NCBI GenBank assembly: GCA_937125225.1
Contig: CAKZLE010000018.1
Coordinates: 64,142 to 128,141, forward strand
Direction: 5' to 3'
Source: an uncultured Spirochaetia bacterium
GTDB taxonomy: Bacteria > Spirochaetota > Spirochaetia > CAKZLE01
Length of the DNA: 64,000 nucleotides
Below, one piece after another: positions 29,208-38,985 of this stretch. How positions within the stretch are numbered: position 1 is the stretch's first letter; each line of letters starts with the position of its first letter. The notes below the pieces were generated by a model, which was given only the letters and a program-made list of their open reading frames with translations, ran no database searches and was not told the origin of the DNA. Made by a program: the position numbers and the translations under genes.

Positions 29208-29733
29208 ACGGATGATCATAGCAGTATCAGGTTCCATAGCCGCCTATAAATCGGCGACTCTTGCCTCGTTGTTGATGAAAGCAGGATATGAGGTCCAGTG
29301 CGTCCTGACAGAGACAGCTTACGAATTCATCGGAATATCTGCCCTTGAGGGAATCACGAGAAGAGCGGTCAAGAGGTCTCTTTTCGAGACTCCTCATACG
29401 ATCGATCATATATCACTTGCAGAATGGGCAGACCTGATCATTTTGTACCCGGCTTCGGCGACAACGATCGCACGACTTGCTGCAGGAAGTGCTGAGGATC
29501 TGGTCTCTGCACTGTTTCTCGCGAATAATTTCAGAGTTCCCTATCTGATCGCGCCGGCTATGAACAGCAATATGCTCACTCATCCGGCCGTGGTGAAGAA
29601 TCTTACACAATTAGGCTCCTGGGGAGCGAAGATCCTCCCGACAGAAGAGGGTACCCTCGCCTGTGGTGCGTTAGGGAGTGGGAAACTCCTCTCACCTGAG
29701 CGAACCTTCGAGATCATCAGGAGTGCCCTGTGA
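29191..29733 (+). CDS. coaC: phosphopantothenoylcysteine decarboxylase (stand-alone flavoprotein CoaC)
   Basis: MIIAVSGSIAAYK flavoprotein fold, 180 aa, followed by a separate coaB. Confidence 0.8.
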   Translation: MSESVKRMIIAVSGSIAAYKSATLASLLMKAGYEVQCVLTETAYEFIGISALEGITRRAVKRSLFETPHTIDHISLAEWADLIILYPASATTIARLAAGSAEDLVSALFLANNFRVPYLIAPAMNSNMLTHPAVVKNLTQLGSWGAKILPTEEGTLACGALGSGKLLSPERTFEIIRSAL

Positions 29734-30392
29734 GAATATTGATAACCTCTGGTGGGACGAGTGAACCTATAGACGGGGTGAGAGTAGTGACGAATCTCTC
29801 TACCGGTTCTACTGGAGCAGCACTTGCACAGAGTTTTCTCGATGCAGGTCATGAAGTCCATATGGTGATCGGTAGATTCGCGACCTATCCTGAGGGACTC
29901 ACCTCTATAAGACGCTATACCAGCTTCAAGAGCCTTGAGGAGATACTCGAAGAGAGTCTGCAGAACATACCGATCGATGTAGTGGTCCATCTAGCGGCAG
30001 TGAGTGATTTCTCACCTGAAGAGATCATCTATTCCGATGGGAGGAGGGCGAGAGCCTCCTCAAGTGGCAAACTCTCATCGACAGAAGAGTTCTCCATCAG
30101 TTTCAAGAAGAATCATAAGATCATCGACAAGATACGATCCTTCTGTGATACAGAGATCGTTCTCATAGGCTTCAAGCTGACCGATACGAGCTCTGAGGAA
30201 GAGCGGCTTGAAGCTATAGAGGGGCTCCTCTCGAGGGGCTGTTGTGACTTGGTAGTCCATAATGATCTTCATGGGATCGAGGCTGAGCGACATGAGGCAG
30301 GTTTTTACCAGGAGAGAGGCTGTATCGGACGGTGCAGCACTAAAGCAGAGATGGCAGCATGGCTGCTAGATTATCTAGGAGATAGAAGATGA
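29730..30392 (+). CDS. coaB: phosphopantothenate--cysteine ligase (stand-alone CoaB)
   Basis: ILITSGGTSEPIDGVRVVTNLSTGSTG (DFP domain). Confidence 0.8.
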   Translation: MRILITSGGTSEPIDGVRVVTNLSTGSTGAALAQSFLDAGHEVHMVIGRFATYPEGLTSIRRYTSFKSLEEILEESLQNIPIDVVVHLAAVSDFSPEEIIYSDGRRARASSSGKLSSTEEFSISFKKNHKIIDKIRSFCDTEIVLIGFKLTDTSSEEERLEAIEGLLSRGCCDLVVHNDLHGIEAERHEAGFYQERGCIGRCSTKAEMAAWLLDYLGDRR

Positions 30393-31159
30393 TATTATGC
30401 ATAGATGCCGGTAACACACAACTGTATGGGGGCCTTTTCTCTGAAGGGAAGGTAGTACTTCGATTCAGGAAAGTGACCGATATGGGGATCAGTTCTGATG
30501 AGTTGGGCTTCTTCCTCAAGGGAGTGATCAGAGAGAACGGTTTCGACCCTGATGAGATCAGAAGGATCGCCTGTTGCTCTGTTGTACCCGATCTGAACCA
30601 TGCCCTAGTCAACAGTTGTAGAAGGTATTTCAAGAAGGAGCCCTTTATGCTCAAGAGCGGGGTGAAGACCGGATTGAAGATCAGATATAAGAATCCAGGA
30701 GCTGTAGGAGCTGACAGGATCGCTAATGCGATTGCTGCAGCTAAACGGTATCCGAATCAGAATATGATCATTGCCGACTTCGGGACTGCGACGACCTTCG
30801 ATGTACTGACGAGTGAGAAGGAGTATCTTGGTGGGGTCATCGTACCCGGTATGAGACTCTCTATGAGGGCTCTTGAAGAGAATACGGCCAAACTCCCAAA
30901 AGTCGAGATCACCACCCCCTCACGAGTCTGTGGACAGACGACAGAGACGAGTATACAGTCGGGACTCTATTATGGGGCTCTTGGGACTGCAAGAGAGGTG
31001 ATCACTCGTCTTCAGAGAGAGGTGTTCTCAGGTACAGAATCGAAGGTGATAGGGACTGGAGGCTTCTCTGGTCTCTTCAGTGGGGCTGGACTCTTTGATG
31101 AGATCCTGCCGGATCTGGTATTAGAAGGAATATATGACGCACAGGAGATGAACCCATGA
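30389..31159 (+). CDS. coaX: type III pantothenate kinase
   Basis: [11 protein letters not shown]-terminus, 256 aa. Confidence 0.85.
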   Translation: MILCIDAGNTQLYGGLFSEGKVVLRFRKVTDMGISSDELGFFLKGVIRENGFDPDEIRRIACCSVVPDLNHALVNSCRRYFKKEPFMLKSGVKTGLKIRYKNPGAVGADRIANAIAAAKRYPNQNMIIADFGTATTFDVLTSEKEYLGGVIVPGMRLSMRALEENTAKLPKVEITTPSRVCGQTTETSIQSGLYYGALGTAREVITRLQREVFSGTESKVIGTGGFSGLFSGAGLFDEILPDLVLEGIYDAQEMNP

Positions 31160-31506
31160 TGATAGAGATGTTAAAAGGAAAGATACATCAGGCAACGGTG
31201 ACACGGGCAGACTTGAACTATGTGGGATCAGTTTCGATCGATCCTACCCTCTATAAGGCTGCGAATATGAGAGAGTATGAGAAGGTCGATGTACTTGATA
31301 TAACCAATGGTTCACGTCTGACCACCTATGTGATCAATGGTGAACCAGGTGAGATCTGTCTCAATGGAGCGGCGGCACGCTTGGTCCAACCGGGCGATAA
31401 GGTGATCATCGTAGCCTATGCGACGATGACTGAGGAGGAGGCCGATACCTTCACTCCCTCTGTGATCATAGTAGGTGAGGATAATGCTATTACGACAGAG
31501 CTCTAA
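31156..31506 (+). CDS. panD: aspartate 1-decarboxylase
   Basis: [21 protein letters not shown], 116 aa. Confidence 0.9.
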   Translation: MMIEMLKGKIHQATVTRADLNYVGSVSIDPTLYKAANMREYEKVDVLDITNGSRLTTYVINGEPGEICLNGAAARLVQPGDKVIIVAYATMTEEEADTFTPSVIIVGEDNAITTEL

Positions 31507-32000
31507 TCGAAAGAGGTGATCTTCTGTTGTGTCTCGTAGAGAAGGTCTGCAAGATCCTCATCGGTCTTGCGGAGCCTTCTGCTGATCTCCCTGGCCAGAT
31601 TCATGATGATCATTGCATAGACCTTGATATGGGTCTTAGAAAGACGGTATAGATCATAGTTGGTGAAGGTGAGGACCCTGACCTTTCCGGTAGCACGTGC
31701 AGAGGCCGCACAAGGTTGGATGTCTATGAGTTCCATCTCTCCGAACGTATCCCCTGCAATGAGTACTGAGAGAAGACGGTCAGTCTCATCGATTCCTTTC
31801 CGGTGTTTCAGGATCTCTACCTCTCCTTCGAGAATGAAGAAGACCTTGTTGTTCGGCTCCCCCTGCTGCAGTATGAAATCTCCCTCGGCATAGAGTTCCT
31901 CATGGAAGCCCTCTTTGATAGTTTCGATCTCAGGTGCTGAGAGCCCTCCGAAGAGACTATGAGAGAAGAGGAAAGAATCTGCGCACATATAATTTTCCAT
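31503..32000 (-). CDS. cyclic nucleotide-binding domain protein
   Basis: GDFILQQGE...FGEMELI...ARA cNMP-binding signature. Confidence 0.7.
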   Translation of the reverse strand: MENYMCADSFLFSHSLFGGLSAPEIETIKEGFHEELYAEGDFILQQGEPNNKVFFILEGEVEILKHRKGIDETDRLLSVLIAGDTFGEMELIDIQPCAASARATGKVRVLTFTNYDLYRLSKTHIKVYAMIIMNLAREISRRLRKTDEDLADLLYETQQKITSFD

Positions 32001-32068
32001 ATCTTATGATAAGCTTCCACATAGCTGCATGCAAGGAATAGTTAAAGATGTTTCCGGAAATCGTTCTC

Positions 32069-32959
32069 CTATCCCAGGAGCAGGATCACTGTACCGGTGA
32101 TGGCAATAAGGGTTCCTGCGATTGTCGATAACCCGATCTTTTTCTTGAAGATATATTTCTCGATGGGAAGGAGAAGGATAGGACTGACCTGAGAGATCGC
32201 TGTGATAACACCGACTGGGGCAAGGGTGATCGCATAGAGTGTCAATGCTATCCCGATGATCGGTCCGGCAAGTGCCGCTGAGGTTATCAACAGAATCAAT
32301 CTTATCGATCTTACCTTTCTGAAATCACTGAGGAACTCTTTTTTCAGTGACACGAATATCACCAGCCCTATGAATCCTGCACCGATTCTCAAGAGATTCG
32401 CAGATACCGGATGAATCCCCTCTGCCATCCCGGCTTTTGAGAGGATCATGGCGATCGACTGAGTGAGAGAGCCTGAGAATCCTATGATGAGACCTTTGAG
32501 CGTATGTGAACGTTCTCTCTTCTCCGATTCTGAGTAGATAACCCACATGACCCCTGCGACCGTAACGATGATCCCAATGAACTGTAAGAGGTAGATTTGC
32601 TCATCAAGAAAGATCGTAGAGAGGATAACGATGAAGATCGGTGAACTTGTCAGAATGACCAAAGTCTCTCTCGGTCCTAACAGGACGTAGGACTGGAAGA
32701 TGAGAAGATCAGCTATGAAGAACCCTATGACTCCCGATAGAGCGAGTAGTAAATAGGTCATAGTGGAGAAACCGGTAGGGAACCAACTTCCCAAAAAGAT
32801 CTGATGTGCGATGAAGATCAGCGGTAGAGCGATCCATAGACGGATATGGGCTACGGTCCTCGAACCGATAGCTCTCCCGGTGAAGGAGTAGATCAATGAG
32901 TTCTGTGCCCAGCATAAAGCGATGAGGAGGGCGAGTAGTTGACCGAGTATGTGTTCCAT
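32069..32959 (-). CDS. DMT superfamily (EamA-like) transporter
   Basis: 10 TM, two EamA-like halves. Confidence 0.7.
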   Translation of the reverse strand: MEHILGQLLALLIALCWAQNSLIYSFTGRAIGSRTVAHIRLWIALPLIFIAHQIFLGSWFPTGFSTMTYLLLALSGVIGFFIADLLIFQSYVLLGPRETLVILTSSPIFIVILSTIFLDEQIYLLQFIGIIVTVAGVMWVIYSESEKRERSHTLKGLIIGFSGSLTQSIAMILSKAGMAEGIHPVSANLLRIGAGFIGLVIFVSLKKEFLSDFRKVRSIRLILLITSAALAGPIIGIALTLYAITLAPVGVITAISQVSPILLLPIEKYIFKKKIGLSTIAGTLIAITGTVILLLG

Positions 32960-33151
32960 GCACTGTGATTATACTCTTTTAGCTGAATAGTGCAATGTGT
33001 ATTCAAGCTAGGTGAGTCAGAGTGGGAATCTTTTATACCCTCAAGTAAAGAGTCTTTAGGTGCTGTAAGGAAAATCCGACCAACCGAATCTGAAATGAGG
33101 TACGTAGATATGATTAATAGTTGTTTGCTTGAATTCTAGGGGTGAAAAAGG

Positions 33152-33394
33152 CTAACTCTCGATATCATCCCCATAGAGATAGTCATCATCGAAATCATAA
33201 TCTTCAAAGAGATCGTCTTCGTCTTCTTCTAACTCATCAAAATCATCATCGAAATCATCTTCATCTGAATCGATCTCAGTTATCTCATCTTCCACATCGG
33301 TATAATAAGAATAGAGATCTTCTTCAGACATGAAAAGTTGCCTATGGTGTTCTCGAGACATATCCCCTCCATTCAATGCCTTGATCGCCATCAT
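33152..33394 (-). CDS. hypothetical small hyper-acidic protein (80 aa; C-terminal 58 aa >55% Asp/Glu with interspersed Tyr/Phe)
   Basis: ATG preceded by AAGAGA. Isolated within ~680 bp of otherwise non-coding DNA. The opposite-strand ORF is its low-complexity mirror. Confidence 0.3.
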   Translation of the reverse strand: MMAIKALNGGDMSREHHRQLFMSEEDLYSYYTDVEDEITEIDSDEDDFDDDFDELEEDEDDLFEDYDFDDDYLYGDDIES

Positions 33395-33636
33395 GCGGTC
33401 TCTTACGATTTCTCAGTCAGCGGGTCTCCCCGTATGACTGCCAACACAGATCCTTCTGATCCAAGTATCTCTTGAAATTCATTCTCTGTAGTCTGTAACT
33501 AATTTCACTATAATCCATCTACATTGAAAGTCAATAGATATTCTTCAACATCCTGTGCTTATCAGATTGTCAGTTGCATCTGACAGATTACTGCTGTACT
33601 ATTGGTATAGTAAAGTATGAAGATTAGGAAACTGTT

Positions 33637-34590
33637 ATGGCAAGATATTGTGTGATCGGCAGTCTGAATATGGATCTTTTTGCGACCTGTGACCGATTCC
33701 CAGAACGTGGTGAGAATGTCTTTGGTAAGGACTTCAAGACCTCACCAGGTGGTAAGGGTGGTAATCAGGCTGTTGCCTTGGCGTTCCTCGAGCAGGAGGT
33801 CTATATGATCGGCTGCCTCGGTGATGATATGTATGGGAAAAGATATATGACCCATCTCGATAATGCCGGGGTAGAGACCTCGGGGATCGAGATGATAGAG
33901 GGGATCAGCTCAGGTGTCGCTCTCATCGAACTCGAGATCAATGGTGCCTATAGGGTCATCGTCATGCCGGGCAGTAATGCTGAGGTGACTGTGAACTATG
34001 TGAAGAGCCAACAGAGTATCCTTGACTATTGCGACTATGTGATGCTTCAGGGCGAGATTCCCTATGAGACGATATTCTATAGTGCAAGAAAGGCCTTTGA
34101 GAAGGGGAAGATCACCATCTTCGATCCTGACCCGGTCGAGCAATACCCTGATGAACTGTATCAATACATATCGATTCTCACTCCGAACAAACGAGAACTG
34201 TTCAAATTGACTGGAATCTATCCCAACGATGATCATGCGATCTTTACCGCCGCACAATCTTTGAGAGATAGGGGAGTAGGTGAGGTGATCCTTACCTGTG
34301 GTGCAGAGGGTGCCTACTATATCGGGGAACAGGGGTTCTTCCAGATCGATACGATACGAGATACTTACGTCGTCGATACCACGGCCACAGGAGATGCCTT
34401 CAATTCAGGCCTCGTCTATGCGTTAGGTGACGGCTACTCGATTGGAAATGCCATCAGGTTCGCCAACAGTGTCGCATCTATGTCGGTGGAACGATTAGGT
34501 GCCCATACTGCCATGCCGATCCTCTCAGAGGCTCAAGACCGGTATCTCAGCTCGGTCCTGCGTAAACGTGTCATCCATCTTGATCAGTGA
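33637..34590 (+). CDS. PfkB-family carbohydrate kinase, ribokinase-like
   Basis: VIGSLNMDL...TSPGGKGGNQA N-terminus and DTTATGDAFN anion hole. Confidence 0.8.
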   Translation: MARYCVIGSLNMDLFATCDRFPERGENVFGKDFKTSPGGKGGNQAVALAFLEQEVYMIGCLGDDMYGKRYMTHLDNAGVETSGIEMIEGISSGVALIELEINGAYRVIVMPGSNAEVTVNYVKSQQSILDYCDYVMLQGEIPYETIFYSARKAFEKGKITIFDPDPVEQYPDELYQYISILTPNKRELFKLTGIYPNDDHAIFTAAQSLRDRGVGEVILTCGAEGAYYIGEQGFFQIDTIRDTYVVDTTATGDAFNSGLVYALGDGYSIGNAIRFANSVASMSVERLGAHTAMPILSEAQDRYLSSVLRKRVIHLDQ

Positions 34591-35326
34591 TCAGAGCATC
34601 TATGGTCAACTGACCAAGCATCAATCCAAAGATCCCGGTGATCGTGGGAAGGGAACCAAGAACCATCCGCTCTCTCCCTCGTTTCAAAACCTGCTCATTG
34701 AACTCACTATATTCCTCTTCCTCTGGATCGAGATAGGTGTAGTGAATCTGTTCACTCGAATAGATGACCTCGATACCCTTTCCGACTCCTCTTCTCTTGA
34801 GCTTACGTCTGATCTGTTTTGCAAGAGGACAGGTATGAGTCTTCATCAGGTCGCTATGAGTGATAGCGAAAGGGTCTGTCCTAAGAGCTGCTCCCATCGA
34901 GGAGAAGGTCCTGATATCCCGTTCATATGCAGATTCGAGTAACGAGAGCTTAGGGCTCATCGAATCGATACAATCGATGAGAATATCGATAGGCTCTTTC
35001 AACACCTGATCCATTGACTCGTCATGTGCGAAGATATCGAGAGCCTCAACCTGACAATCCGGGTTGATATCTTTGATACGATTCATCGCTACTTCGACCT
35101 TCTTCTTTCCGAGGTTCGACTCTGTCGCAAGAAGTTGTCTGTTTATGTTCGTCATGCCGATCGTATCAAAATCAACGATCCTGATATGGCCTATTCCCGA
35201 TCGTGCGAGAGCTTCGATGGCGTAGCCTCCGACTGCTCCAATCCCAACGACCGTGACATGAGCTTCAGTGAGTCTTTTAAATGATTGATCGCCTATCAAG
35301 CGGCGTGTTCGTAAGAATCTTTCCAT
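34571..35326 (-). CDS. tcdA: tRNA threonylcarbamoyladenosine dehydratase (ThiF/MoeB-like)
   Basis: VTVVGIGAVGGY...DFDTIGMTNINRQ. Confidence 0.8.
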   Translation of the reverse strand: MERFLRTRRLIGDQSFKRLTEAHVTVVGIGAVGGYAIEALARSGIGHIRIVDFDTIGMTNINRQLLATESNLGKKKVEVAMNRIKDINPDCQVEALDIFAHDESMDQVLKEPIDILIDCIDSMSPKLSLLESAYERDIRTFSSMGAALRTDPFAITHSDLMKTHTCPLAKQIRRKLKRRGVGKGIEVIYSSEQIHYTYLDPEEEEYSEFNEQVLKRGRERMVLGSLPTITGIFGLMLGQLTIDALITDQDG

Positions 35327-36071
35327 TACTCTGAACTATATCAAGAAGTGCATGAATGTCAATCACTCTAGCCTTTGCGATGGTCTCATACCAAGTATAA
35401 AGAACCTCTGCATAAGAGTAATCTTCCCATTCAGCTGGAATGTAGGTATAGGGATAGTCAGTCTCTACAAGTAGTCTGTCATTTGGGATATAGGAGACAA
35501 GTTGACTGAATTTCTCTTTGGATCTTAGGAGGTTAGGGGAGATCGAGAGAAAACCACCAAGATCCAATATACGTTTAGCTGTCTGTTTAGATCCATAGAA
35601 GCCATGGAGCATGAAGCGCGTCGTTAGTCGTTCATTCTTCAGGCTAGAGATTATCATCTCTGCCGCATGGACATGATGAAGAGTAATGGGTAGAGAATAC
35701 CTCTCTGCGAGCCTCAACTGCTGTTGCAACAGTTGGTGTTGTTCGAATTTCGTGAAGGATTGGTAATAACGATTATCTATCCCACATTCTCCGATCCCTA
35801 TCGGCTGAGACTTCGCAAACCCTTCAAGTTCCTTCAGATGTACTTCCCAACCGATATCATCAATCGGTCCTGAACCGCATTCAGGATGGATCCCCAGAAA
35901 GGAGAAGACTTGATTGTTATCGATTGCAAGGATCGAACTCCATCCATCTGGTGATGCTGAGTTTGTGAAGTAGTGGAAGTGGTCGGGATACATCCCATCA
36001 GTATCATGGGTCAGGTGGATATGCGAATCTAAGAGAGGAGGAAGTTCTCGGTATTTAGAGAAAGAGACCAA
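35277..36071 (-). CDS. TatD family hydrolase
   Basis: DSHIHL...GECGID...LHHVHA metal-ligand pattern. Confidence 0.7.
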   Translation of the reverse strand: MVSFSKYRELPPLLDSHIHLTHDTDGMYPDHFHYFTNSASPDGWSSILAIDNNQVFSFLGIHPECGSGPIDDIGWEVHLKELEGFAKSQPIGIGECGIDNRYYQSFTKFEQHQLLQQQLRLAERYSLPITLHHVHAAEMIISSLKNERLTTRFMLHGFYGSKQTAKRILDLGGFLSISPNLLRSKEKFSQLVSYIPNDRLLVETDYPYTYIPAEWEDYSYAEVLYTWYETIAKARVIDIHALLDIVQSNGKILTNTPLDRRSII

Positions 36072-36477
36072 TAGAGACTCCTTTGATTTGACCTTTGGGT
36101 ATTCACTTAGTAGAAAAGGTTATTACCTAGTATAGCAGAAATGTGGTAGAGAAACAAAAGAATCTTTATGTGGTGAGAGGTAACTCCTTTTCTAAGCTTA
36201 AAAGTAGAGTCCTTTGGCCAACTGTGGCGCGACTGAATACACAAGAACACCCCCTTGTGGAGGTGTTCTGTATGGGATGAGAGGCTCTTCTATCTAAAGG
36301 CCCCCAAGGGTCTTCTAATAGAAGGAGTAGAGATTGTAAGAATATGTAGGTAGGAAGTAATATTGAATGATCCCTATGAGATATTTAGCTATTTACATAC
36401 TTTTCAAGAATGTAATCAATTAGTGGTTGGTAAGAATTTTGGTTGTTTTAGGATTGCTGAAGTGGCTGGAGAAATAA

Positions 36478-36516
36478 AATCCTAGTAGAGTGACAGGTTG
36501 TTACTCTACTAGGATT
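36478..36516 (-). terminator. rho-independent terminator of the LruC-like gene
   Basis: 14-bp perfect stem AATCCTAGTAGAGT/ACTCTACTAGGATT, followed on the minus strand by a T-run. Confidence 0.55.
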
Positions 36517-36534
36517 CACTAGTTAAATCAATTA

Positions 36535-38862
36535 TCAATCAGAAACACTTGGTGCAAAATAGTAGGAGTAGAGATTAGTATCAATAACGTTCTCTACTTC
36601 TGGGGTGTACCAGTCTGCTTTTTCAGAACCTTTTGTCACTGCCCACTCGGCAAAATTCTTATAGGCATCGATGATCTCAGTCTTCTCAATGGGGTAATTC
36701 CAGTCCATTGGGATATGAAGAGCCCAGGGGAGATTGTTTGCAGTTATATAGAATTTCCCATTTGATGGATCAGAGGCATCATGGACATCTGGATCATCTG
36801 ATGGGATGTTTACCTGTGTAGTCAAACCTGAAGGTGGTACATCAGGAAGATGGATCTCAACTTGTTCATTCCCCTTCTTCAATAAGAACAGATCCAATGG
36901 AAGTTCTCCAAGATCAGATTGTTCTAGTTGTGCAGAGGCATCAAAATAGAGGGACCCAGTGAATGTAACTGGATCAGTACGATGACTAGCATCTTCAAAC
37001 GGTTGGGTATTTAAAATGGTTGTTCCCTCTCCAGGATCTTGAGTCCCGTTGGTATGGGGGTATACTTCATTATAAATATGTTGGAAAAGCTTGATGACAA
37101 TCGAATCCTCATTTTCTACCGTATCCACTGCTGGAATGGCCACTAACTTCTCAGAGGGTACTTGATCAAAGTCTAACAGTTCGTCTTCATCTGATAAGAG
37201 TCTGATGTCGTCAGATGGATTCGTGAGAACACTGCTGATCGGAGCATTCATCTTCAGATATAACCCATTATTATTACCTGCACCTATTGCCCGAACCTCG
37301 ATTTCATATTGAAAGGAGCGTACGTAGTTGTTACTGTCAGTACGAATCTTATAGGAATAAGAGGCTACTAGGTCATTGAAATCATAGTCCCCCTTATAGG
37401 GCCACTGATCCTCAAAGGCTACGATCCCAAAATAGTTCTGTTCTGCCGAGAGTTCTGCATTTTCTGGGAAAGCATCATTAGAATCTGTGATCCCATCTTC
37501 ATCTGAATCCTCAGTACCAACAGTCCTTTCAAATTCTTCTTCTGTATAGCCGGCAACAGCAGTAATAGGATCGACAGTTACGATGAAAACTAGATCATTG
37601 AAGTCATCATCAGAGTTTCCTGATCGATTGAGGTCTTCAAAACCTACTACAAAACGGGTATTATCTCCTGTTCCATTTTGAAGAAGGACGGAGTGAAAGC
37701 TATTATCCTTAGTCTTATCATAATCCACAAAACCAGGAGTATAGGCGATGTCGTATTCCGGATTCCATACATTGTTCGAGAAATAGGTGTTATTACCATC
37801 TCTATTCTTCGCTGTTCTGGAATACCACCCATTTGCGATCAGTGCCCAATAGATAGTCGTTCCTGGATCGAACTGCCCTATATAAACCGTATCACCAGAT
37901 TGCAGCATGCCACCAGAATACTTCAAAGAGGCATTGGGGAAAATGATGGTCAAGTCTTCAATTTCTGAAGCTTTATTACCTGGGTCTGGATAGTTTTCAT
38001 CATTAGTAGCAATAAACCCTAGAGAATTTAGATATCCAGCACCCTCATTGACGAAGGTTACCCAGACATTCGCAGGATCATCTCCGGTGATTGCAAGATT
38101 GGCATTATTTAGGAAATCAGGATTCTTCTCCTGTACGGTAAAATACTCAGGTAAGGATGCATTGATATTGTTCAAGAGTGATTCTGTAAGGGATATATCT
38201 TTTTCAGAGAGAACGGTAGGAACTCCATAATTGTTATACTTTGATATATAGTTGTAACCATTCTTGGTATAATCCCCAAGAGCTGGTTCATCTTCGGCAC
38301 CAGCTACTTTGGAACGACTACTCTTTGAAGTAAAACCCTCTTCTGCAGTACCCTCATCGATTGTAGCTACATAGGTGAAACTTGCCTGATCTCCATTGAT
38401 ATCCACACTGATTCCTTTCGGAAGTCCTTGAGCTTTAAAATCAATAATGATCTGATCGTAGATCATTGGTATCGATAGGCTTTTAGAGAATGTGAGATCA
38501 TTACCTAAGAAATAGGACCCGAGAGGATAGATTTCGCCCTCTTCAGCAGCCTCTTCGATCTCTAGGTTATTTCCCAGATTCTCAAGTAGCTCAGTATTTG
38601 TTGAATCAACAGCAAGAATACTAAACGCTGGTGTGACATAGTCCTTAAATGTATCAATACTCCTACTGCTTGTTGCAAGCAAAGGATGTTGATCCATATC
38701 AATATCGATCGTGATCTTTTGTATTGTTCTATATGAGAAATCATCAGATACTTCTATCTCATCCATAGACTCGTATTCATAGCTGACAGGTTCTGGATCT
38801 GGACAACCAGTCAACAGGATAATAATAACAAAAAACAGTAATCCTAAAGTAATCTTCTTCAT
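36535..38862 (-). CDS. large secreted lipoprotein, LruC-domain-like with thrombospondin-type-3-like acidic Ca-binding repeat
   Basis: Lipobox LLTGC. Repeated DDFNDLVF / YDFNDLVA motifs. DSDEDGITDSND. Confidence 0.5.
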   Translation of the reverse strand: MKKITLGLLFFVIIILLTGCPDPEPVSYEYESMDEIEVSDDFSYRTIQKITIDIDMDQHPLLATSSRSIDTFKDYVTPAFSILAVDSTNTELLENLGNNLEIEEAAEEGEIYPLGSYFLGNDLTFSKSLSIPMIYDQIIIDFKAQGLPKGISVDINGDQASFTYVATIDEGTAEEGFTSKSSRSKVAGAEDEPALGDYTKNGYNYISKYNNYGVPTVLSEKDISLTESLLNNINASLPEYFTVQEKNPDFLNNANLAITGDDPANVWVTFVNEGAGYLNSLGFIATNDENYPDPGNKASEIEDLTIIFPNASLKYSGGMLQSGDTVYIGQFDPGTTIYWALIANGWYSRTAKNRDGNNTYFSNNVWNPEYDIAYTPGFVDYDKTKDNSFHSVLLQNGTGDNTRFVVGFEDLNRSGNSDDDFNDLVFIVTVDPITAVAGYTEEEFERTVGTEDSDEDGITDSNDAFPENAELSAEQNYFGIVAFEDQWPYKGDYDFNDLVASYSYKIRTDSNNYVRSFQYEIEVRAIGAGNNNGLYLKMNAPISSVLTNPSDDIRLLSDEDELLDFDQVPSEKLVAIPAVDTVENEDSIVIKLFQHIYNEVYPHTNGTQDPGEGTTILNTQPFEDASHRTDPVTFTGSLYFDASAQLEQSDLGELPLDLFLLKKGNEQVEIHLPDVPPSGLTTQVNIPSDDPDVHDASDPSNGKFYITANNLPWALHIPMDWNYPIEKTEIIDAYKNFAEWAVTKGSEKADWYTPEVENVIDTNLYSYYFAPSVSD

Positions 38863-38985
38863 GTTTCTCTCCCTTGGCTAAGGCCCACACCTTAGACACT
38901 ATTAATTATAAGTTGATTAGTCATTTATTCGCAAGAGAAGAAGTGCATATTGATGAAAAAGTTCTAACATTTTATACTTTATTCT

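Noticed and set aside
33142-33333. 63-aa His/Arg-rich + ORF
   Set aside because: It is the reverse-complement mirror of the acidic minus-strand ORF. The acidic frame has an RBS and an ATG; this one is low-complexity.
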